A stretch of DNA of 53,852 nucleotides from a virus (lineage: Duplodnaviria > Caudoviricetes), in the IMG/VR virus record IMGVR_UViG_3300009428_000011, positions 1-53,852 of that record. One strand, written 5' to 3'. The notes beneath the pieces are model-generated. The model searched no databases and had not been told where the DNA came from. It saw only the letters and a list, made by a program, of their open reading frames with translations. Below, piece by piece: positions 16,625 through 26,100 of this stretch. Both the position numbers and the translations under genes were made by a program. Position 1 is the first letter of the stretch. Each line of letters opens with the position of its first letter.

Positions 16625-17380
16625 TTATGCTGCGTGATCCTGATCTCGTTCACTCCAAAGCTTTTGAAGTTTGGCGAGCCCTTTGCCGGTAACAAGTGCT
16701 GTTACTGATTGCTTAAGCCCGTGATCTGGATGCTCCCAGCTACCAAGCTTAACATCAAGATAGCCTGCTTCTATTTTTGTTTGGTAAGGTTCGTTACGTC
16801 TTGAGATCCAACCTATTTGACGAAGAAACGCAAATAATCGCCGCTGACCTGTACCAATAATCTTCGCCGCTTGCGCTACACTTATTGCGTCAGGTGCTAC
16901 CTCAACTTGCTTAGCGAACGCTACGCGCGGGGCTTCCTCTTCAAGCTGATGCTCAAGCTTTAGTTTTTCTTGCTCAAGCCTAATGCGATCTTCTTCTGAT
17001 TGCATGGCCAGTTGCAAAATATCCATGCGCGATAAGTTTTCCGCTGGGGATTGGCGCTTGTTCAGTTCGTCACGCATTTCAAAGAATGCTTTGATCAGTG
17101 CTTTTTTGAATGCTTTAACCGTATCGTTGTTTCTAAAGTACGTTAATAGCAAGGCTGATTGCTGCTCGTTAAGAATTGCGTATTCAACCTTTGAGCCGCC
17201 GCCCTGCGGACGTTTCACCACATGGATTTCAAATCCAAGTGGGCCAAACTCTTCAAAATCAGCAATATTCTGGCGGATCACTTTTATTACCGACGCATGC
17301 GGGTTGCCCACCCCTTCGGCAATTGCCAGCGAGGTGGTGATCGGGCAATTTGTATCATTTAAGGTCACGATGCTGTTCAT
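16625..17380 (-). CDS. ant: antirepressor (Rha N-terminal + KilA-C/ANT C-terminal)
   Basis: TTSLAIAEGVGNPHASVIKVIR..LNEQQSALLLTY..FKKALIKAF (Rha); APRVAFA..ISVAQAAK..RLFAFLR..PYQ..TALVTGKG (ANT). Confidence 0.9.
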   Translation of the reverse strand: MNSIVTLNDTNCPITTSLAIAEGVGNPHASVIKVIRQNIADFEEFGPLGFEIHVVKRPQGGGSKVEYAILNEQQSALLLTYFRNNDTVKAFKKALIKAFFEMRDELNKRQSPAENLSRMDILQLAMQSEEDRIRLEQEKLKLEHQLEEEAPRVAFAKQVEVAPDAISVAQAAKIIGTGQRRLFAFLRQIGWISRRNEPYQTKIEAGYLDVKLGSWEHPDHGLKQSVTALVTGKGLAKLQKLWSERDQDHAA

Positions 17381-17649
17381 TGGATGATCCTCATTGGCAT
17401 TGATTCAAATTTAGCTTGCATATCGCCAAGGCGATCAGATACGAGCCACAATAAATTAGAAATCTGCTCTTTGGGAAACCCTTCTATATTGTCGTTACCC
17501 ACCATAAAATCTACGAGCGATTTAGTCTGTGTTAACAGGCGATCAAAGTCATCGTAACTGTCGTTAGTCATAATGTTTGCTGTTACGAGTAATTCACTTT
17601 TATTTACTCGTTGTGTGCTTTGCTCTTCATTTGGTATATTATTAGCCAT
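17377..17649 (-). CDS. hypothetical protein coupled to ant
   Basis: 90 aa; strong AGGAG RBS; ATGA overlap with ant. Confidence 0.75.
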   Translation of the reverse strand: MANNIPNEEQSTQRVNKSELLVTANIMTNDSYDDFDRLLTQTKSLVDFMVGNDNIEGFPKEQISNLLWLVSDRLGDMQAKFESMPMRIIQ

Positions 17650-17728
17650 GAAGACTCTCCTTTTCTATGTTTTGTTTGGTTAGTTCTTTACTGGCCTCAA
17701 CTGTTACAGCAGTTGGGGCTTTCATTTT
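17632..17728 (+). ncRNA. sar-like antisense RNA (~80 nt) with promoter and terminator
   Basis: Extended -10 TGGTATATT (17632-17640). The transcript covers the start and RBS of 17377..17649 and ends in hairpin GCCTCAACTG-TTACAG-CAGTTGGGGC plus a U-rich tail. Same position as P22 sar. Confidence 0.6.
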
Positions 17729-17729
17729 A

Positions 17730-17879
17730 TTAAGCTGCTTTAGTTTGCTCATTCATTTTTTCCTTTATCCACATTTCAATTTGCTTGTTCTGTGAGCGGC
17801 CATTTTCTTCGGCTTGCTCTCTTATAAACTCTCGCATTTCTGATGGTATTCTTAATCCAAATATTTTGTGCTTTCTCAT
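17730..17879 (-). CDS. arc: Arc-like ribbon-helix-helix repressor (49 aa, not in ORF track)
   Basis: MRKHKIFGLRIPSEMREFIREQAEENGRSQNKQIEMWIKEKMNEQTKAA. Confidence 0.85.
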   Translation of the reverse strand: MRKHKIFGLRIPSEMREFIREQAEENGRSQNKQIEMWIKEKMNEQTKAA

Positions 17880-17899
17880 TGCTATTAATCCTGTTATTA

Positions 17900-17964
17900 A
17901 TGATAGTAAAATGCAACCATTTGGCTACCATTGATAATGTAGTAGCATTTCACTACCATGTCAA
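17900..17964 (-). promoter_or_regulatory. Pant-like promoter with Arc/Mnt-type operators
   Basis: TTGACA(17964-17959)-TGGTAGTGAAATGCTAC-TACATT(17941-17936). 21-bp quasi-palindromes ATGATAG-N7-CAACCAT (17900) and GTAGTAG-N7-CTACCAT (17939). Confidence 0.75.
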
Positions 17965-17989
17965 TACCATCAATAAATATTGCCACCTT

Positions 17990-18754
17990 ATGCCAAAAAG
18001 ACCACCTCAAATAAATGTCAGAGTTTCTGAAGAATTAAAAGAGGCGCTGCATGATGCAGCTAATGTAAATGGACGATCAGTAAACTCTGAGATAGTTTCA
18101 AGATTAGAGAAGTCTTTTGGTGACGAAAGCATAGATGTTGATAGTGGCAGTAATGGCTTGGCAAAACAGCTGCAGGATTCTCTACTAAAACAGCAGAGGC
18201 TTATAGATGCGCATCGAACAATGACTGAGCAAATGCAGTTTATGGCTGATAAGTACAACTCATTAGTTCGCCATGTTTTACCGGCCATTTGCGAGTCTAA
18301 GGTTGTAAGACTTCAAAGAACGTTTACAACATACGGTGATAAAGATAGATTAATTGCTTTCTTTAAAGCTATACCCGACATCAGTCGTATTCTAGTTGCT
18401 GTTCGTGATGGGCATTCAAACTATAGTGCAATGACGTTCGTTATTTATAACGAGAGCCATATTTTTATCGCAGATGCGACACCCATGACGGTGGAAAGAT
18501 TGCCGCGTGAGGCTGAGGTTTTAGAATTGTTTGAAGAGCTAGATAGAGTTGGGCTACTTGACGTTACCGAATGTATTTTAAGTAGGGTTGAGCAAACGAA
18601 AGATTTGATTCCAGAAAAGGCGGTTAACACTCTAGAAAATAATGACTCTCGACCTATCAGGAGGAATATTTACGAATTTTTAAGCCTGTTTTTTAGCGAG
18701 CCAGAGCAGGTTAAGCCTGATTGGTTTGTTGACGAATGGAAAAAGTTGAATTAA
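17990..18754 (+). CDS. Mnt/Arc-family RHH repressor with a long C-terminal extension
   Basis: MPKRPPQINVRVSEELKEALHDAANVNGRSVNSEIVSRLEKSF; divergent from arc; ~200 extra residues. Confidence 0.8.
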   Translation: MPKRPPQINVRVSEELKEALHDAANVNGRSVNSEIVSRLEKSFGDESIDVDSGSNGLAKQLQDSLLKQQRLIDAHRTMTEQMQFMADKYNSLVRHVLPAICESKVVRLQRTFTTYGDKDRLIAFFKAIPDISRILVAVRDGHSNYSAMTFVIYNESHIFIADATPMTVERLPREAEVLELFEELDRVGLLDVTECILSRVEQTKDLIPEKAVNTLENNDSRPIRRNIYEFLSLFFSEPEQVKPDWFVDEWKKLN

Positions 18755-18779
18755 CTAAATATATAAAAAGGGATTTAGC

Positions 18780-19151
18780 ATGAAAAAACTCCTAGCTGGC
18801 CTTTCCGTGATAGCTGCGCTTAGCGGTTGCACAAGTCATGAATTTATAAAAACTGGAGCGCATGATGGGTATCAACCTAAGCATGAAAACTGTGGAGCGC
18901 ACATATTTAGATCTGCCCCAAAAGGGCAGGACTTTATTGAGCTAGGCTTGTGCATGGCTACATCTCCTGGCGGGGGCGTAATATCAGATAACACACCTGA
19001 CGCTGTGAGAGAATTGCAAAAATGCACCTGCCTTCAAGGTGGGGACGCTGTGATTTTGCAGAATATGTCCGAAAATGGCACTGTAGGTTCAGCTTTTGGA
19101 ACTTCGCAGCAGCAAGTTAAAGTGACTGGTATAGCAATAAAATATAAATAG
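18780..19151 (+). CDS. lipoprotein (RcsF/YbjQ-like fold suspected)
   Basis: Lipobox LSG-C; FIELG...AVRELQK....GGDAVIL. Confidence 0.8.
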   Translation: MKKLLAGLSVIAALSGCTSHEFIKTGAHDGYQPKHENCGAHIFRSAPKGQDFIELGLCMATSPGGGVISDNTPDAVRELQKCTCLQGGDAVILQNMSENGTVGSAFGTSQQQVKVTGIAIKYK

Positions 19152-19165
19152 TAAAGGAGTTAGAC

Positions 19166-19375
19166 ATGGGCGGTATAAGTATTTGGCAGATATTGATTTT
19201 AACAATCCTTTTTGCAGGCGTTATATTGCCCTGTATTCTTGCGTTATGTTCTAGCAAAGCTAAAGGGCACCATAAATTTATTTGGTTTTTACTTTCTCTT
19301 TTTTTCTTATGGATAGGTTACGCCGCTTACTATTTTTCAGTAATAAAAAAGCTACAAGATGAGAGCGTCCAATGA
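19166..19375 (+). CDS. small two-TM membrane protein
   Basis: AAGGAG RBS; two hydrophobic segments; begins MGGISIWQIL. Confidence 0.75.
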   Translation: MGGISIWQILILTILFAGVILPCILALCSSKAKGHHKFIWFLLSLFFLWIGYAAYYFSVIKKLQDESVQ

Positions 19376-19869
19376 AAATCAGAGGCATCTTTACAGCCCC
19401 ACCATTGCTTGCGATTTTTTTATCAGTAACGGGTTGCGGGGAGTTGCTAGGTCCAAGCTCATATAATGATTGCGTTCTTAAGAATATAGGCAAAGTTTCT
19501 ACAGATAAAGCCGTTAATCTCCTAAGTAAAACCTGTAGAGCTAAGTTTTCAAGCCTAGGCTCGCATGAGTCAGCATCCTTAAATAGCTCACAGATTAGAA
19601 ATATTCAGGGTAAAGCTGGATTTGACGAGGTTGCCGGCAGTTATTATTACATGGGGTTTATTTATAACGCTAATACTGATGTAACTGTCACTGAGATTAC
19701 AATAAGGATTACAGCTACTACCAAGAGTGGCGATATTGTCAGAGACTATAACGACACTGTAACTGTTAAACCGCTATCTATGGCCGATTTTATGGTTGAA
19801 ATTCCAAGCGAGGGCGATGATGCCGGTTACTCTTGGCGTCTACTTTCCGCTCAAGGATATTCTATTTGA
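19372..19869 (+). CDS. lipoprotein with a two-Cys helical motif and beta-rich C-domain
   Basis: Lipobox VTG-C; SYNDCVLKN..STDKAVNLLSKTC; ATGA overlap. Confidence 0.75.
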   Translation: MKIRGIFTAPPLLAIFLSVTGCGELLGPSSYNDCVLKNIGKVSTDKAVNLLSKTCRAKFSSLGSHESASLNSSQIRNIQGKAGFDEVAGSYYYMGFIYNANTDVTVTEITIRITATTKSGDIVRDYNDTVTVKPLSMADFMVEIPSEGDDAGYSWRLLSAQGYSI

Positions 19870-19883
19870 GGAAGGAGTTGTTT

Positions 19884-20144
19884 ATGCCAAAAAATGACGA
19901 CAGCTTTGAACCCCTAAAAAAGCTAGAAGGGGAATCTGAACGAGCTTACTGGGACAGGCTTAACGCTCAGATTCGTGAGGAGCCACCTTGGCTTAAAAGA
20001 AAAAGAAGGGAATCTAGAAAAGGCGCTTTGATATATTTCTGCTTCGTAATTGGACTGCCCCTGCTGTTTGGCCCTTTCACTTTAATTGGAACTATACTTC
20101 TTGCAATTGCATGGTTTGCTATAACTGAGAATAAAGGGAGGTAG
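19884..20144 (+). CDS. small membrane protein
   Basis: ATG 19884 after AAGGAG; charged N-terminus and C-terminal TM hairpin. Confidence 0.7.
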   Translation: MPKNDDSFEPLKKLEGESERAYWDRLNAQIREEPPWLKRKRRESRKGALIYFCFVIGLPLLFGPFTLIGTILLAIAWFAITENKGR

Positions 20145-20160
20145 CCTCCTTTATTCTCAG
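20125..20160. terminator. hairpin between convergent moron and late operons
   Basis: 13-bp perfect stem CTGAGAATAAAGG / CCTTTATTCTCAG. Confidence 0.65.
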
Positions 20161-20167
20161 CTAACCG

Positions 20168-23100
20168 CTAATCATTTTTGATTATGCGGTTAAATCGACT
20201 TCTTACCTCCCTTGCTGATTCATTGTCCATTATTAGTTGCGCTCGTTTTACTGCGCTTTCAAATGAACGATCTGATAGGTTTACTGGCGGCACTTGTTCG
20301 CGCAGTAAAAAGCCAACATTGCGCTTACTTATTCCTGCTAGTAGTAGTATTTGCATCACTTGCCTGCGGCTTGCGCCCCCTGTTTGAGCGGCTTTAATTA
20401 AGCGCGACATTTGCTTAAATGCTTGCTCTTGCTTTGTTTTAGCTCGCTCTTTAGCTGCGCTTATTTCATCATCAGATACTTTATTTGGATCTCTTAACAC
20501 GCCGCTTAGCTCTTTTCGGGCTTCGGCAATGGCGCTGTTAAAGTCAAACGTGCGGTAGTACAGGCCAACTTTAGGATCAAAGGTAGAGCTTCGGAAACCA
20601 GCAAGTGCCAGCATTTCATCCGACAGGCTATAAGGCTTGCCTGTTGAGCGCTTAACATCGGTTGCGGCCATGCCAATACGCCACGCATTATTTACTGCGC
20701 CAGGCGCTAAGCCTAATGCTAAGTGACCAGCAATATCAGCGCTTTTACGTATGGCTGTATCGTTTTCTTTATATACCTGACCGCCGCTTTGCTTTTTATT
20801 GCTGACCACTTCAAGTATTTTGCCTGTACTAATGTCAGTACCTAAAAATGGCGACACCATATCACTGAGCGATGAGGCGATAGCCTCGTTAACAGGCTGG
20901 TCACGCATCATGGCCTCTATTGGTCGTTTCCAGTAGGCGTAAGGGTCTAAGAACGACATATCAAAGTAACGTAAATTATTGTCGCTATCTCGACCTGCAT
21001 AGATAAAGGTTGAGTTTTTTTGCCATGGCGGGGCTAAGTCTCTTAGCGCTTCCTCTTCATCATCGGTCACGCCAAACATGGCGGCGCTTAATGCAGATAG
21101 AGCAAACATGCCGCCACTGGCCAAGCTCATGCCTACGATTCGTTTTGCGCCCATTTCGCGTATTTTGGGGTTGTCTGACTTTATTTCGCTGGCTGCAAGC
21201 TTCATCATGTTGCCTGTCGTTCTAATAACTTCAGCAGGGAACGATACAAACGTGCCGGCCAACGGGAACCGTGACAGCCACGCCCCCGCTTTACCTACTC
21301 GGCTATATGTTGGATAGGTATTTTGTATCCGCTCAGCGGCTAATGCTTCTGCTTCGCCTTCTTTCATGCCTGTGCGGACGAGTGCGGCTTTTTCATTTTC
21401 AAAGCCTACTATCTTCCAAAAGTCATCGCCAAAGCGATAGAAACCTGTCGCTTTAGCGGTTAGCCATCGTAGGTTTTCAAAAGCGGCTCCACTCTTACCT
21501 TCAAGCATTTGGTTTATCTTTCCATCAGTCATAACCTTGACTATATCGCCTGCGTTAGCTGAGTCATAAAGCACGCCCAACTTAATTAAGCGCTTTATGT
21601 AATCAGATTCGCCGTCAGTTACTTTTTCTTTAACTTGTGCGTTAAATGCTGCAACGGCTTGCTTCATGTATTTTTGATTAAAGTGTCCGTTGGCAACGGT
21701 GAAAAAATACGCCGACATTACATTACGCATGGCGGTTGTGGGTGATAGTACGGTTTTGCCGAATTTAATGAAGCCGTTTATTTGTATAGCCTTGTCTAGC
21801 CAGCCCTCACCACGTTCACCGCCCATCGCATCTTCAAACGCTTCTTTTATTTCTGGCGTTGTCCACATGCCATTCAGTGGTGCATATACTTCCGATGCTT
21901 CACCTGCAAGCTGCACTGTGGCATTAGGTGGCCGACTGTCCTTTTCAAAAATGAAATTGTTAATGCCCATATCGCGTATTGTGCTTAGGAGTTTATCATT
22001 AGCGATCATAGCTGACATTTTTGAGACGGATTTAGCGTAGTTAATGCGTGGGTCTGCGTATTCACCTAGTAATGCTCTGATTTCAGGTGATATGTCTTTG
22101 CGTGGTATTAGTGTAGATAAGTCTTTAGAGCCTAGCTTACTTTCGGCAATAAACGATCCCAAGCTGTCGTAAGCGGTGCTGGTTTTAACCATTTCGTTCA
22201 TAGTTACTTGGGCTTTTTGCTGTGCTTCTTTTGCTGTTGCGCCGTCTTTTTCATATTGCTGCATTAAGTATGCACGTGCATCATCAATTACCTTAGTCGG
22301 TATTTTTTCAAACCATTTAGGATCGTCAAATGCTTTATAGCTGCGGTTTAAATATTTGCCCATGTTACCTAGCATTTTTTCAAGGCGAGCCGACTCTTTA
22401 GGGTCAATATCGCCATCCTCTGCAACTCGCTGCTGAAGCTTGTTATTGACACTTGCAACGTAATCTTTTGTCAGTCCATCGATATGTTCGCGCATTAGTA
22501 TCAGCGTGTCTCGCTCACTTTGATTAAGCGCCTTGCCATCATTTTCACCTATTAAAAATTGGTGGTACTTAGTCCATTGATCATCGGCTAATCTGTCAGG
22601 ATTTATTTTGGCGGCTTTCATTGCTGAATTTAGCTTGCCTACCAGCATAGATACATCAAACTCATGTACAGCTACATCGCGATCACGGCCTCTCTTAGCT
22701 TGCTGGACGGTTTCAGGTAAGTTGCCACCTGGCATAAACCAGCGTGAAAGTTGGCGTTTTATTTTATCGCCTGCGGTTTTGTCGGTTTCGCGTAGTTGTG
22801 CGTTTAGCGCCTCCCATTCTGGCACGCTTGATTTTTCAAAGCGGTCGCGGTTAAACGCCTTTTTTACTGATTCCGCTATTTTGTTTGGTGCTGGGCTAGT
22901 GTCGTTATTGGCTGTGCGGCTGAATTTTTTATCTGACTGACTATAAGCTATTTCGGCTTCACTGCCAGCCATTGACTCACGCTGCGCTTTGAATCCTTTA
23001 ACTATACTCTCAAGCATTTCACGCATTGCTGTTAGCTCGGTATCTTCGCTATAAGCCAGGCCTACTTTATCAAGCTGTGCACGTATAAAGCGTTTAAGTG

Positions 23101-26100
23101 CTTGCCACCAATATTTAAGCTCGCCTTTTGTGGGCTCGTTTTCTACAAAGCGTGCAAATATTTCTTCAGCTTTAACGTCCTCGCTTGCATCCCAATAATC
23201 GTTGTTCGCATCTTTCCAGTATTTCTCAAACGCTTTACGGCCCTTGGTCTTTTTAATACGATCAATAAATTCTTGCTTAGCTTCTTTACCAATAACAGTA
23301 TCAAGGCCACCATGAGCAATAGTTTCATGCGCTAAAGTTTGTTTAAGATCCTCTATACTATCCATGTTTTCAGCAATGATATAAACAGTATTGGACATTT
23401 CACTATAAGCGCCCTTAACTGTTGCACCTTCTAAACTCATGCGCCATAGTTTTTCTGCTGTGGCGGTATCTTCAAGTATATTAACAGTGATGCCGTTGGC
23501 GCCTTTTAAGTCTTTAACAAACTGATCAGCAATACGCTGCGCTTGCTCAGTGCTGATTGATTTGCTGCTAGCTGGCTTTTTAGATTTTGACTTTGAAAAC
23601 TTAACATCGCTAGCTATTTGTACTTCTGGCGCATCGCTTGGCTTCTCAATAACGATTGCTTTAGTATTTACGTTTGTTGGGTTTAGCGAGCTTTTAAATG
23701 CGCCTTCTGGTAGCGTTTGCTGCTCTGCGTCTAAAGAATCTAGCCATGTGTTAAACTCTTTGTTTGCTTTGTTGCTTCGCTCACCTGCCATGCTAGACGT
23801 TATAGCCACAAGCTTGCCGCCTGGGTTAAGCATTTTATATGCGTGTTCAACATGCTTAATATCTTGGTCATTGCTAAATGGCGGGTTCATTACTATACGG
23901 TCGTAGCCATTTTCTGGCGCAAACTCTAAGAAGTCATTACCAACTAGGTTATGCCCCTTTTCTTGTAGTATTTCTCTAAGCTGCCCGCCCATTTCAACCA
24001 CGTCTACGGTCGCGCCTTGCTCTCTTGCTGCGTCGGCTAAAAGTCCGTTGCCTGCTGATGGTTCAAGCACACGCATGCCTGGCTCAATATCTGCCATTTC
24101 AGCAATATCGCTAGCAAGACTTTCAGGTGTTGGGAAAAAATCGTTAAATGCGTTTCTATTTCCTAACATTGTTCGCTGCAAGTCTCTTTCCATTTGACTT
24201 AGCTTGCTTGGTGCTTTACCTGTAGAGCTATTTTCGCTTAAATTCATGTACTCAATTAATGCAGTTCTAAGTGTCGGCACATTAGTAATACCCATTCTAT
24301 CTAGGCGCTTATAGTTTGCAGCGGCATCGCGTAGCATGTCGTATTGGCTAAGATTGTTTTCTATGTAATCAATATATTTAGGGATCAGGGTATCATCAAC
24401 ATCAATATAGTCTTGATCGCTCTTGCCTTTGACTAGCGCGTTCATCTTGCGACCCAGCAACACAAAGCCTTTAGTATCTTCCATATCGCGAGCAATTTCT
24501 TTTAGCCTAAATACCTTTGTGGTTTTTAAAGGCATTCTTGCGTGCTTTGCTCTTTCGGCCTTTGATACTTCGGCTTTAAATGTTCTTCTGCTGTTGCTGT
24601 CCTTATTCACTTGGCTTTCTGGCGCGCTATTAACTAGGCTTCTTGCTAGTGAGTCTAATAGCTCAACCTGCACTTTTTGAGTCGCATTTTTTAATACTAT
24701 CGTGTCCGAACCTGGTAGCTCTCGCATGATCTTAGATAGCTCAATTTCCTTTTCAGCTTTTGCGGTTGCTGATTCTGCCTCACCAAGACGTTTAATAGTG
24801 TTTGTTTTTCTATCTGCGTTTAGGGCTTCACTTGCGCGCTGCTCCGCTTTCTCAGCCATAGCTTGCAGTTTGTCCGCATTTTTCTGACTTCTCGCCTCCT
24901 GCCTTTCAGCCTGTTTCTCTGTGGTGTCTACAGTTTCACCGTTAACCCACCCACTAAATAGCTCGGCATCTTCTACAGATTTAAAGTAAAAATTACTCCG
25001 GTAGTAACCGCCACCCATTGAACGCGCAAAGGCTGCTGCTTCTTTAAATGCGTCTTTTCCAAGTCGGCTAATTACATTTACATTAAATATCTTTTCGCCT
25101 GTTTTGCCATGCACGCCCTCAGTAGGCTCGCCCAACTCAACATCGCCACCTGTTTTAAGACCTTCTTTTTCGGTTGGCTTTTCATTTTTGCTGGCCATGG
25201 TTTCACCTGCAATTAGCTTGTCGTATTCTGCTTGTTGCTCGGTAGTTAGGCTGTCTTGTCCCTGCGCTTTGATCTTCGCTTTGAAGTCATCTAGTGTTTG
25301 AGGGTTTTTAAGTTTATCTAGGTACTGATCAAATCTTTCTTTTTGCGCGTCTATTTTTGCCTTTTGCTCTTGTGAATATTCCGCGACCTGCTGATCAGTC
25401 AAAGAGTCAACATGCTTTTTAGCCTCGCTTATTTTATCCTCTAGCTTGTAAGAGTTCGTGGTAATAAACTCGCTCTGTTCGCCTATAAATCTAAAGCGCG
25501 TGAACATATCGCGGTATGCGCTATCTACCAGCTCGTCTTTTTTGGTGTCACTCCAAACATGACCGCTCACCAACCTAGTCAGTTGCTTTTTATTTAGCTT
25601 TCTAAGCTCGGCTTTTACAGAGTCTTTATTATCTGCCAGGTAATCAAGTACGCGCTTAACTTCTTGAACGCTACCAAGCTCGCCCTTACTCATTGCGTCT
25701 GTCATGCTGTCGTAAGCGTCCAAACCCGACTCGATAGGCGTTTGCTTGACTGGTGCTTGACTGGTGCTTGATTGCTCACCTCCCGTCACGGTTTCAATTT
25801 CTTTCCATAACTTACTGCGTGATCCAAGCACGCTTTTAAGCGTAGTCCCGCTATTTTTAAGTGCGCTTTCTATTTTATCTATTGCTTGTGCTGCCTCATC
25901 CCCATGAGTGCTTAAAATCCTATCCCATGCTTTTTTAGCTCTTGGCATAAACGCTGATTTGTTTAAGCCTGGGGTTTGCATTGCACCTAGCTCGTTAGCA
26001 AAATCAATGATCGATTTTTGCTTATCGCTTTCTTTTTTCCTTTGTGTTGCCGCTGCTCTTTGATCTTCATTCATTACCGCCTCAACTCTAGCGGCTATGT

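Noticed and set aside
17843-17989. Hydrophobic N-terminal extension of the Mnt-like ORF (apparent membrane anchor)
   Set aside because: It overlaps arc and Pant on the other strand. The RHH domain starts at ATG 17990.
17880-17990. LexA box controlling the antirepressor
   Set aside because: No CTGT-N8-ACAG match was found by eye. The operators are Arc/Mnt-type.
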